A stretch of 64,000 nt of DNA. Source: Eledone cirrhosa. Its lineage: Eukaryota. Below, one piece after another: positions 51,914 through 64,000 of the stretch. The stretch's first letter is position 1; each line of letters opens with the position of its first letter. The position numbers and the translations under genes were made by a program. Location of the stretch: assembly GCA_964016885.1 (NCBI GenBank), contig CAXHJY010001087.1:62001-126000 (forward strand), read 5' to 3'. Under the pieces are notes generated by a model. The model made no database searches and was not told the origin of the DNA. It was given only the letters and a program-made list of their open reading frames with translations.

Positions 51914-51968
<55 letters not shown>

Positions 51969-52064
51969 ATATATACATGTATATATATACATGTATATAT
52001 ATATATATACATGTATATATATATATACATGTATATATATATATGTATATATATATATAAATAT

Positions 52065-52095
<31 letters not shown>

Positions 52096-52269
52096 CATAT
52101 GTATATATATATATAAATATATACATGTATATATATATATATATATATATGTGTATATATATACATAATAATATATGTAGTAAGAAACAGGGTTGAAGAA
52201 CCACATTGTTTGAAATATTTAACCATGAAGCAGACAGAATGATAAAATAAAATTATACAAACTTTCATT

Positions 52270-52337
<68 letters not shown>

Positions 52338-52381
52338 TATATATATATATATATATATAATGTAGGAAGTGAGTAATATTT

Positions 52382-52417
<36 letters not shown>

Positions 52418-52429
52418 TATATATAAATG

Positions 52430-53080
52430 GGAAAAATGAAATTTCATTTCTCACTCTTAGTACGGCTGATACTTAAATATAAGTACGTATACATACATAT
52501 ATGTATACAGACGTACAGTAGTATATATATAGATACACACATGCACACATATATATGTGTACGTATGGGTTTACCGAACATTTATTATAATGTTCGGTTT
52601 GTTTGTAAACAAACAGCCCGAATTAAGCCGTACATTGTTCGGCAACCATCGTTGCCCTTGTGTTCAACACTGACAAAGGAACGATGAACTAGTTTCTAGC
52701 TTATTAGCTTTCATCAGCACCGTATACCTTCCTGTCAGTCGATTAAACGTTTGAAAGTATATACTTTCTTTATGCATATTAATGGCTGAGCAGCCTAATT
52801 TGTATATCGATATATCGAGTTAGTTAGTCGACCGAAAACGATAAAGGGAAAAAATGAAATTTCATTTCTCACTCCTAGTACGGCTGATACTTAAATATAA
52901 GTATGTATACAGACGATGGTTGCCGAAGAATGTATGGCTTAATTCAGGCTGTTTGTTTACAAACAAACCGAACATTATAATAAATGTTCGGTAAACCCAT
53001 ACGTACATATATATATGGTTTGCATGTATGTATATAATACTACTATACGTCTGTATACATATATGTATGTACGTATACAT
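52430..53080 (-). mobile_element. HHR-containing non-coding element: ~418-nt unit, partial direct repeat, then an inversion (truncated copy at 50123-50375)
   Basis: AAAAATGAAATTTCATTTCTCACTC..AGTACGGCTGATACTTAAA at about 52432 and 52850; ~52913-53080 is an inverted copy of ~52485-52651. Confidence 0.7.
52681..52723 (-). ncRNA. Type I hammerhead ribozyme (family H)
   Basis: Minus strand ACGGTG-CTGATGA-A AGCT aata AGCT A-GAAA-CTAG-TT-CATCGT; GUU site; A.A mismatch at the base of stem II. Confidence 0.72.
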
Positions 53081-53429
53081 ATATATATATATATATATAT
53101 ATCATCTTCGTTTAACATCTATCTTCCACGCTAGCATGGGTATGTATATATTTCATCATCATCATCATCATCATCATTTTACGTCCGCTTTTCCCTGCTT
53201 GCAAGGGTAGGACGGGAACTGATTCTGGCTTGATTTCTACAGCTGGATGCCCTTCCTAACACCAACCTCATTTACAGTGAGTGCTCTCTGCTTTTTTTCG
53301 TTGCGCCTACACAACCACTTTAATGTGAAATAAAGTGTCTTGCTCAAGGAAACAATACATCACCCGGTCTGAGAATTGAACTCACAACCTTTCAATTGTA
53401 AGGTCGTGAGTTACATATATATATATATA

Positions 53430-54151
53430 TGAGGAACAAAGCTTGCATGCTCCGTTGGATGTGTAATAGTAATATACGTGAATGGCAAAGCATAAATGAA
53501 CTAAGTGAGAAATTAGGAATAAGAGGGATCAGATGCTGTTTACTCGAGAGAAGACTACGTTGGTATGGTCACGTGATGCGCATGAAAGACGACAGCTGTA
53601 TAAAGAAGTGCAGGGCGATCAAAATTGATGGTAGCCACGGAGTAGGCAGACCCAGAAAAACCTGGGACAATTTGATAAATTCCGACCTTACACACACCTC
53701 TCCAAGACAATGTCACTGGATCAAGACCTTTGGTGCTACGCAGTAATACAGAAGACCGGCCTTGCCTAAGTACAAAGCGAAACATACAGTCAGTAGGCAC
53801 CTCTTAACCAAAATACCCCCTATCCCACTACCCCCACCCCCACCCCACCCCCATCTACACCACCCCTTTCTCTGTAAAGTTATGTTGGTACCACAACATC
53901 CAGTCCTAAATAAATGAGGTTGTGTAGGTGTCACGACAAAAAAAAAAACACGCTGTAATGTGGCCGTATAGGTAACACGGTATAAACCTCCCAGTCCACA
54001 CTGTAAACATGGTTGTTGTTAGGAAAGGCATCCAGCCGTAGAAAACCCGCCAGACAGTCCTATACGAGCAAGACGACCAATCTTGCCTCAAGTGGGACAA
54101 TTCCCATCTAAACCCATGCTAGCGTGAAAGATAGATGTTAAACGATGATGA

Positions 54152-54152
<1 letters not shown>
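53430..54152 (+). mobile_element. RTE LINE 3' fragment (same family, plus strand)
   Basis: RNKACMLRWMC...[11 protein letters not shown]...GRPRKTW; 3' UTR and (GAT)n tail. Confidence 0.85.
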
Positions 54153-54221
<69 letters not shown>

Positions 54222-54397
54222 GTGTGTATATATATATATATATTGATTCTTTAGAATTTGCCACTGACCAAGTAGGCAGTGAATTTTTTCAGTGCCCTGG
54301 AATTTAGTCCCCGCTAGCTTTATTCCATCCACTGAATTATTATTTTTATATGGGTTCCTAGTGTCCGCGCATTGCCTGGGAACTTAGTTGAGAATAG

Positions 54398-54479
54398 ACT
54401 CCCTGATGACGTAAGGACTTCTCTATAGTTACATTACGTAACTATATTTATTCCCTTACAGAAACTAATTAGTTGGAGT
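54398..54479 (+). ncRNA. Type I hammerhead ribozyme (family I, copy 1)
   Basis: ACTCC-CTGATGA-C GTAAGG..TATAGTTAC attac GTAACTATA..CCTTAC A-GAAA-CTAATTAG-TT-GGAGT; GUU site at 54474. Confidence 0.85.
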
Positions 54480-54936
54480 GGAAATTTTAGTAAGTAAGTT
54501 AATTTTTAATTTTTAAAATTTTCTTATTTTACGTCTTTCATATAATTGTTCTGCATCCCCTGCATAGAACCACAAAGGTACTAAGACATAACATATATAT
54601 TTGCTAGCATGGGTATACATCTGTATACATATGTTGGTAGATATACCAATTCTCTATATTTATCTCCAAATTATTTGTTGAACGAAACTTGCCAAAATTT
54701 ACTGCTATGGTTCATGGTAGTAGTTAGGCTCTTGTCATAATACCACCTCACTCCTCACTGATTAACCTCAGTGTCACGTGATTGATTCTTTAGAATTTGC
54801 CACTGACCAAGTAGGCAGTGAATTTTTTCAGTGCCCTGGAATTTAGTCCCCGCTAGCTTTATTCCATCCACTGAATTATTATTTTTATATGGGTTCCTAG
54901 TGTCCGCGCATTGCCTGGGAACTTAGCTGAGAATAG

Positions 54937-55018
54937 ACTCCCTGATGACGTAAGGACTTCTCTATAGTTACATTACGTAACTATATTTATTCCCTTACAG
55001 AAACTAATTAGTTGGAGT
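54937..55018 (+). ncRNA. Type I hammerhead ribozyme (family I, copy 2)
   Basis: Same sequence as 54398-54479; GUU site at 55013. Confidence 0.85.
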
Positions 55019-55077
55019 GGAAATTTTAGTAAGTAAGTTAGTTTTTAATTTTTAAAATTTTCTTATTTTAGTCTTTC

Positions 55078-55141
<64 letters not shown>

Positions 55142-55146
55142 GTCTG

Positions 55147-55211
<65 letters not shown>

Positions 55212-55216
55212 GTCTG

Positions 55217-55250
<34 letters not shown>

Positions 55251-58200
55251 TTTTAATATGTAAAGTAATTAATGATATTGTCTGACAGATATATAGGTTA
55301 ACCAAAGTGCTACAGATAGTCACTATTAGAACCTAAAATCACCTCTATTAATATAAATTTTAAGAAATTCCACTAGGAGCAGTAACATAATTTAGTTTCT
55401 GCTGAGATAACCATAATTCTAACAATGAACTCACTCTCGAAACAACAACAACAATCTCAATACGGATAAGCGGATCTGTGATCCTTTGAGAAAACTAAAT
55501 AAAATAGGTCCTTTTGTTGATAGACATATATAACCTGTACCAGTATAACCGTTCCATTTTTTGATCTGGGAAAGTTAACGATATTTAGTAGCGTCAAAGC
55601 TGGTTTCAAGTATGCAATTAAGCTGGCTAAATTGTCTGACCCCACCAACCGCAGAGAAGGAAATCGCTCTGCATACATGCACACATACATACATACACCC
55701 CAATAAATCAAGATGGTAACTACATTCCATTTCTCCTTGAGAATTCTTCAGCTCAGGCTAATTCTTCCCACACCACTACAATACCACAGTTTTTCTTACC
55801 TATCCCTTTATAAGTAAGGAAACATGTATACAGTTACACACCCACACACACAACCACTTTCAGAAAATATATAGAAAAAATATAATTAATTTATTCTAAC
55901 ACTTTTCATTAACAACCTCTAAAGAACCTTTACCCTTATATGGACAACTTATCATTACTAACAAGAATCACCTAAGCCATGCCCTTGATGAGATGGCCAG
56001 TCCACTGCAAATCTATTTGTCAACAGTCGGGAATTAGCTCACACACTCTACTATCCCAAGTATTGAGTACTCTGTTAAATAATGGTCTGACTTGTTTAAT
56101 ACTGGTTTAATCCTGATATATATATATTTTATATATATATGTGTGTGTGTGTGTATCATCAACGTTTTTATGTCCGCTTTTCCTCGTTTGCATGGGTGGG
56201 ATGAGCCTTTTTCAGCACAGTGTCTCTCCACTCGCCACATTTCTTCATCATCTCATCAACGAGTCTCAGCAATTTGTGGTCAGTTCTCACCACCTCTGCC
56301 CAGGGCTTTCTTGGTCTACCACTACTGCAGCTTCCTTCCACTGGCATTTCCTGGCACTTCTTCAGCCATCGATCACAATCCAGTCTTCTCTCCTGCACAC
56401 CACCTCGGATTCCTCTTAAACTTAACTTTTCCTTCAGTTTATCCTACCTCTGCCTTTCTCTCACATTTACATTGCACATCCAACAAAGCAAGCCTGCTTC
56501 ATTTCTCTCCAGCCTGCGCATGTTTTCTGCAGTCACAGCCATGTTTCACTACCATGCAGCATCACACTTTGCACACAGATGTCATACAGTCGTCCTTTTG
56601 TTTGTAAGGAGAAACTTTTTGTTGTCAACAGTGGGAGTAGTTCTCTTAACTTCTTCTATTCTAGCTATTTTGCTTTCAGAGCACCCTCCACTATTGCTGA
56701 TTAAGTCACCTAGATAGCAGAAGCTATCAACCACTTCTATGGACCCTTTCTGTGACTTGAAGATGTTTATATTACTGCTGCTCTTCCCTTTGATTACTCC
56801 TGTGCATCTTCTACATGCAAAGTCTTTCCTTCCTTTTGTCTTTGATATCTGTAGCACAGGTGGTGATATTTATTAATGTCCAGATAACTTTGTATAGAAC
56901 ATAGGGATCCTTCCAGTCATGGCTGACCTTGGGTTTATACCTAAAAAGTTCCTTTCTGAGGCACTAGCCTAAGTAAGGTGTTTTTGTGGAAGAATAACAG
57001 TTGTCCATGCATACCAGACTCTCTTCTCCATGGCACAAATGTTGTTCAAAGGAAAAGTAAAGGTTTGACACAGCTTGACACCAGTGATATTGCAACATGA
57101 AATAAAGGACACAATGTGCAATCCAATCCAGGAATCTAACTCACTAACTCTAAATTATGAGCCCAACACCCTAACCACTAAGCCACGCACCTTCACATAC
57201 ATTGTATACCATGGCTAGAAAAGTATTCCAAGGTTTCAGGATTGGTCATTCTTTGAGAAAAAGTCGAATAGTTTCTTTTCCCTCAGAGAAGGTGGCATAA
57301 AATTCCTCTTCTCATGACATACAAACTTAACCGTTTTCATACCAAACAGTTTGAAACCAACCTGGTTCTATAGCACTAAACGGTTTGTTTTAAAGTGTTT
57401 TATCTAAATACATTCCAGCATAATTTTATGTAAGAAACCTTGTTAAATTATGTTCCAAACACTAGCTTAATAATGAGAAAATTATATTACTAAATCCATC
57501 TAAATTCTTCCTTATTTTTTAAATTAATTGAAAATCCTAGGCAGTGTCTTTCATTAGAAATATATTTATCTAAAACCTTCATTAGAATTATAGTAATCAT
57601 CATCATCATCACCATTTACCGTCAATTTACCATGCTAGCATGGGTAAGATGAGTTATCCCATTGTGAGACAAGTCAGATCAGGTGATCATGTCTTGCTCA
57701 TACAGAACCGTTTCTAGCTTGGTTTCTATGGCTGGATGCTCTTCCTAATGCCAACCACATTTACAGACACTGCTTTATTTTATATATATATTATACCTGT
57801 GAGAGAAGTCTAACTATTGTCAATGTGACTTAACAGTGCACCCATTTCTTATTGGGATGAACTGTACTCTCAAACTGTTTAACCTGACTTCAAAAGAACT
57901 TTGATTTGAAGTTAAAAAAGTTAATGTTGTATTTTTACAAACAACATAGTGCAAACTGGCCAAAGGGGGAGTCTCTATAAAGTTACTCAATCTGCTAGAA
58001 ATAGCACCTAACTCTTCCTCAAATCACACCCTACTGTTTTAGAAGAGATGTAGTCTTAAATATCCTTAAAAAGATGTGTACCTGGGTATATAGTAACCTA
58101 GGCTAGCCATACAATGTATGCCTAGATATTTTGTGCCTGAGGCTAGCCCTACAATGTGTACCTGGGTATTAAGTGCCCAGATATTTAGTGCCCTAGGCTA

Positions 58201-59069
58201 GCCATACAATCTTTGCCTCCTTCTCCCAAATAAAATATTTTCAACATACAGATTGTTAAGCTGAGGAACCTAATTTTTTATATTTTTTGCTCTGGCCACA
58301 CTAAAAAAATTAATTAAGCCTGCATGTTCTACTACACAGTCAGCTCTCTGCACTCTGCACTCTGCACTCTGCACTCTAAGTTCAAATCCTCCCAAGATTA
58401 ATTTGCCTTTTCTTTTTTTCAAAGTTGATAAAAGAAGTACCAGTCCAGTACATAAGTCAATTTCTTCTATATCTCTTTTGCATTTCCTTCTCTGGAAGAA
58501 ATCATCTGTGTTCAGACCTGAAGAGGGGATGGTTTAAAATACTCAAGTATGTCATAACAACACTCCTACAACTCCACCAGGAATTATGGGTGCACATATA
58601 TACAACATAACTGAACTTGGATTTGTGGAGAAAGAATGTAGTTCCTTAATTCATAAGTGACGAATGGCCATGATATTTGGAACCTTCAAAATTTGTAAAA
58701 CATTCTTACAATTCAAAGGAAGACTGCTTACACAAGTGACAGCAACAATTTCCTTTTCTTTACAACCTTGCCACTGGGAAGGTGGCCTGTCAAAAATAAA
58801 CTCAAAATTAACCCTTTAGCATTTAAACCGGCCATATCTGGCCAGAATTCTCTCTCCTCTTTCTGTTCAAACTGGTTGTAACCAGCCACTCAAACTGACG
58901 TTAAGGTATTGTTCTCAAAATAAATAATATCAAAATCTCATAGATTCGATATTATGTGAGATAATTATGTGAGATAAAGCCTTTACTGCAAAAATATAAT
59001 AGTAAATATAAAGTAATATAAATGCTAAAGGTTTAAGAGAAAGAGAGAACACACACACACAAATACATA

Positions 59070-59270
59070 CGAGGGTCAGCTAAAAGTTCATAGGCTGACT
59101 ATGAAATTGTCACGCTAGTGCAAAGAAGTCTTGCATGCATTAATTTCAACTATTCTTATTTATAACTGCATTATTTTGTTCCAGGGACTATGATGAAAAA
59201 TAAATCTTATTTGGTCATTTCATGAGGGTATCTTGGTCAGCCTATGAACTTTCTTTTCAGCCAACCCTCG
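59070..59270. mobile_element. Tc1/mariner-type MITE
   Basis: TA|CGAGGGTCAGCTAAAAGTTCATAGGCTGAC ... GTCAGCCTATGAACTT..TTCAGCCAACCCTCG|TA; TA target duplication. Confidence 0.8.
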
Positions 59271-59659
59271 TACATACATGGTATATCTTTTGCAAATCTC
59301 CAGGATAACAATAAACACAATTTGCCAGAAAGACAGATATTTTTATATATACTGATTCATCACACAACAATTTTTGTTATTATTTGTATTCTTTTTTTTT
59401 AAATTTATTATTTAACTTGTTTCTGCAAGATTCCACACATTAAAATGAAAAAAAAAAATAAAAACATCTTTAAAAAATTTTAAAAAAGGAAATATTTCAT
59501 TTTTACTTTATATTAAATTTTTTTTCTCAAATTAAAATCTTTTTCCCCTTCCAATTTGGCAAAATTAAATTATTGCTAATGACAATGGACATTTTAAAAA
59601 GATTCAGCCAGTTATGTTGACCAAAAGATAGAAAAGAATTCTTTCCCTTCATTCTTGTT

Positions 59660-62600
59660 GTTTTTGTTAGTATTATTGCTGTTGTTACTGTTGTTGTGGT
59701 TAGCATTGTTGTTACTGTAGTTGTTAGTATTATCACTACTATTGTTGTTGTTAGTATTATTGCTACTATTGTTGTTGTTAGTATAGTTACTATTGTTGTT
59801 GTTAGTATAGTTACTATTGTTGTTGTTACTATTGTTGTTGTTAGTATAGTTACTATTGTTGTTGTTAGTATAGTTACTGTTGTTGTTGTTAGTATTGTTA
59901 CTATTGTTGTTGTTAGTATAGTTACTATTGTTGTTGTTACTATTGTTGTTGTTACTATTGTTGTTGTTAGTATAGTTACTATTGTTGTTGTTAGTATAGT
60001 TACTATTGTTGTTGTTAGTATTGTTACTATTGTTGTTGTTAGTATAGTTACTATTGTTGTTGTTAGTATAGTTACTATTGTTGTTGTTAGTATAGTTACT
60101 ATTGTTGTTGTTAGTATAGTTACTATTGTTGTTGTTAGTATAGTTACTATTGTTGTTGTTAGTATAGTTACTATTGTTGTTGTTAGTATTATTGTTGTTG
60201 TTGTTAGTATTGTTACTATTGTTGTTGTTAGTATTGTTACTATTGTTGTTGTTAGTATAGTTACTATTGTTGTTGTTAGTATAGTTACTATTGTTGTTGT
60301 TAGTATAGTTACTATTGTTGTTAGTATTGTTACTATTGTTGTTGTTAGTATTGTTACTATTGTTGTTAGTATTGTTACTATTGTTGTTGTTAGTATTATT
60401 GTTGTTGTTGTTAGTATTGTTACTATTGTTGTTGTTAGTATAGTTACTATTGTTGTTGTTAGTATTGTTACTATTGTTGTTGTTAGTATTATTGTTGTTG
60501 TTGTTAGTATTGTTACTATTGTTGTTGTTAGTATTGTTACTATTGTTGTTGTTAGTATTGTTACTATTGTTGTTGTTAGTATAGTTACTATTGTTGTTGT
60601 TAGTATTGTTACTATTGTTGTTGTTAGTATTATTGTTGTTGTTAGTATAGTTACTATTGTTGTTGTTAGTATAGTTACGATTGTTGTTGTTAGTATAGTT
60701 ACTATTGTTGTTGTTAGTATTGTTGTTGTTAGTATAGTTACTATTGTTGTTGTTAGTATAGTTACTATTGTTGTTGTTAGTATAGTTACTATTGTTGTTG
60801 TTAGTATAGTTACTATTGTTGTTGTTAGTATAGTTACTATTGTTGTTGTTAGTATTGTTGTTGTTAGTATAGTTACTATTGTTGTTGTTACTATTGTTGT
60901 TGTTAGTATAGTTACTATTGTTGTTGTTAGTATTGTTGTTGTTAGTATAGTTACTATTGTTGTTGTTACTATTGTTGTTGTTAGTATAGTTACTATTGTT
61001 GTTGTTAGTATTGTTACTATTGTTGTTGTTAGTATAGTTACTGTTGTTGTTGTTAGTATAGTTACTATTGTTGTTGTTACTATTGTTGTTGTTAGTATAG
61101 TTACTGTTGTTGTTGTTAGTATAGTTACTATTGTTGTTGTTAGTATTGTTACTATTGTTGTTGTTAGTATTGTTACTATTGTTGTTGTTAGTATAGTTAC
61201 TATTGTTGTTGTTAGTATAGTTACTATTGTTGTTGTTAGTATAGTTACTATTGTTGTTGTTAGTATTGTTACTATTGTTGTTGTTAGTATTGTTACTATT
61301 GTTGTTGTTAGTATTGTTACTATTGTTGTTGTTAGTATAGTTACTATTGTTGTTGTTAGTATAGTTACTATTGTTGTTGTTAGTATTGTTACTATTGTTG
61401 TTGTTAGTATTGTTACTATTGTTGTTGTTAGTATTGTTACTATTGTTGTTGTTAGTATAGTTACTATTGTTGTTGTTAGTATAGTTACTATTGTTGTTGT
61501 TAGTATTGTTACTATTGTTGTTGTTAGTATTGTTACTATTGTTGTTGTTAGTATAGTTACTATTGTTGTTGTTAGTATAGTTACTATTGTTGTTGTTAGT
61601 ATAGTTACTATTGTTGTTGTTAGTATAGTTACTATTGTTGTTGTTAGTATTGTTACTATTGTTGTTGTTAGTATAGTTACTATTGTTGTTGTTAGTATAG
61701 TTACTATTGTTGTTGTTAGTATAGTTACTATTGTTGTTGTTAGTATTGTTACTATTGTTGTTGTTAGTATTATTGTTGTTGTTGTTAGTATTGTTACTAT
61801 TGTTGTTGTTAGTATAGTTACTATTGTTGTTGTTAGTATAGTTACTATTGTTGTTGTTAGTATAGTTACTATTGTTGTTGTTAGTATAGTTACTATTGTT
61901 GTTGTTAGTATTGTTACTATTGTTGTTGTTAGTATTGTTACTATTGTTGTTGTTAGTATTGTTACTATTGTTGTTGTTAGTATTATTGTTGTTGTTGTTA
62001 GTATTGTTACTATTGTTGTTGTTAGTATTGTTACCATTGTTGTTGTTAGTATTATTGTTGTTGTTGTTAGTATTGTTACTATTGTTGTTGTTAGTATTGT
62101 TACTATTGTTGTTGTTAGTATTGTTACTATTGTTGTTGTTAGTATAGTTACTATTGTTGTTGTTAGTATAGTTACTATTGTTGTTGTTAGTATTGTTACT
62201 ATTGTTGTTGTTAGTATTATTGTTGTTGTTAGTATAGTTACTATTGTTGTTGTTAGTATTGTTACTATTGTTGTTGTTAGTATTATTGTTGTTGTTAGTA
62301 TAGTTACTATTGTTGTTGTTAGTATAGTTACGATTGTTGTTGTTAGTATAGTTACTATTGTTGTTGTTAGTATTGTTACTATTGTTGTTGTTAGTATTAT
62401 TGTTGTTGTTGTTAGTATTGTTACTATTGTTGTTGTTAGTATAGTTACTATTGTTGTTGTTAGTATAGTTACTATTGTTGTTGTTAGTATAGTTACTATT
62501 GTTGTTGTTAGTATAGTTACTATTGTTGTTGTTAGTATAGTTACTATTGTTGTTGTTAGTATTGTTGTTGTTAGTATAGTTACTATTGTTGTTGTTAGTA

Positions 62601-64000
62601 TAGTTACTATTGTTGTTGTTAGTATAGTTACTATTGTTGTTGTTAGTATAGTTACTATTGTTGTTGTTAGTATAGTTACTATTGTTGTTGTTAGTATAGT
62701 TACTATTGTTGTTGTTAGTATTGTTGTTGTTAGTATAGTTACTATTGTTGTTGTTAGTATTGTTGTTGTTAGTATAGTTACTATTGTTGTTGTTAGTATA
62801 GTTACTATTGTTGTTGTTAGTATTGTTACTATTGTTGTTGTTAGTATAGTTACTATTGTTGTTGTTAGTATAGTTACTATTGTTGTTGTTAGTATTGTTA
62901 CTATTGTTGTTGTTAGTATAGTTACTATTGTTGTTGTTAGTATAGTTACTATTGTTGTTGTTAGTATAGTTACTATTGTTGTTGTTAGTATTATTGTTGT
63001 TGTTGTTAGTATTGTTACTATTGTTGTTGTTAGTATAGTTACTATTGTTGTTGTTAGTATAGTTACTATTGTTGTTGTTAGTATAGTTACTATTGTTGTT
63101 GTTAGTATAGTTACTATTGTTGTTGTTAGTATTGTTACTATTGTTGTTGTTAGTATAGTTACTATTGTTGTTGTTAGTATAGTTACTATTGTTGTTGTTA
63201 GTATTGTTACTATTGTTGTTGTTAGTATAGTTACTATTGTTGTTGTTAGTATAGTTACTATTGTTGTTGTTAGTATAGTTACTATTGTTGTTGTTAGTAT
63301 TGTTACTATTGTTGTTGTTACTATTGTTGTTGTTAGTATAGTTACTATTGTTGTTGTTACTATTGTTGTTGTTAGTATAGTTACTATTGTTGTTGTTAGT
63401 ATAGTTACTATTGTTGTTGTTAGTATAGTTACTGTTGTTGTTGTTAGTATAGTTACTATTGTTGTTGTTAGTATAGTTACTATTGTTTTTGTTAGTATAG
63501 TTACTATTGTTGTTGTTAGTATAGTTACTATTGTTGTTGTTAGTATAGTTACTATTGTTGTTGTTAGTATAGTTACTATTGTTGTTGTTAGTATAGTTAC
63601 TATTGTTGTTGTTAGTATAGTTACTATTGTTGTTGTTAGTATTGTTACTATTGTTGTTGTTAGTATAGTTACTATTGTTGTTGTTAGTATTGTTACTATT
63701 GTTGTTGTTAGTATAGTTACTGTTGTTGTTGTTAGTATAGTTACTATTGTTGTTGTTACTATTGTTGTTGTTAGTATAGTTACTGTTGTTGTTGTTAGTA
63801 TAGTTACTATTGTTGTTGTTAGTATAGTTACTATTGTTGTTGTTAGTATTGTTACTATTGTTGTTGTTAGTATTGTTACTATTGTTGTTGTTAGTATAGT
63901 TACTATTGTTGTTGTTAGTATAGTTACTATTGTTGTTGTTAGTATAGTTACTATTGTTGTTGTTAGTATTGTTACTATTGTTGTTGTTAGTATTGTTACT
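59660..64000. repeat. 24-bp minisatellite/satellite array (more than 4.3 kb, runs off window)
   Basis: Unit TTGTTGTTGTTAGTAT(A/T)GTTACTA with shorter and longer variants. Confidence 0.97.

Larger units (their letters stand above)
54242..55082 (+). mobile_element. Retrozyme-like element: ~300-bp direct repeats 539 bp apart, each containing an HHR
   Basis: 54242-54544 is nearly identical to 54781-55082; ~237-bp unique middle; no ORF; (TA)n flanks. Confidence 0.85.

Noticed and set aside
52186-52226. Possible extra hammerhead (TTGAAGA...GAAA-TATT-TA)
   Set aside because: The core is mutated and stems I and II do not pair convincingly. Similar weak hits at ~380-418 and ~19200-19270 were also dropped.
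59527-62037. 836-aa Thr/Ile/Val-rich ORF (mucin-like appearance)
   Set aside because: Translation of the 24-bp satellite; the ATG comes from a single point variant and there is no signal peptide or non-repetitive domain.

Overview
This is AT-rich, repeat-dense eukaryotic (animal) DNA. The single-exon C2H2 zinc-finger ORFs, tRNA-derived SINEs with (TGA)n tails and very long (TA)n tracts suggest a coleoid cephalopod such as Octopus; that is inference, not verified. Host coding content is two intact C2H2 zinc-finger ORFs (10470-11693 and 26480-27532). The rest is mobile DNA: a decayed CR1/L2-type LINE, several RTE LINE copies and partner SINEs, a near-complete hAT transposon with TIRs and an 8-bp TSD, Tigger and mariner remnants, a non-autonomous Helitron, several Penelope-like elements (PLEs), and a 24-bp satellite from about 59.66 kb to the window end. 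The main hidden signal is a dense cluster of minimal type I hammerhead ribozyme (HHR) motifs (stem I-CUGANGA-stem II-GAAA-short, mostly palindromic stem III-NUH-stem I). By eye I find 7 unrelated sequence families with intact cores (11 copies) and 2 families with variant cores (4 copies) between 20 and 55 kb. They sit in fold-back elements, a 4.7-kb palindromic Penelope, and a 539-nt tandem retrozyme-like unit. All motif calls were made by manual reading and need computational and biochemical confirmation.
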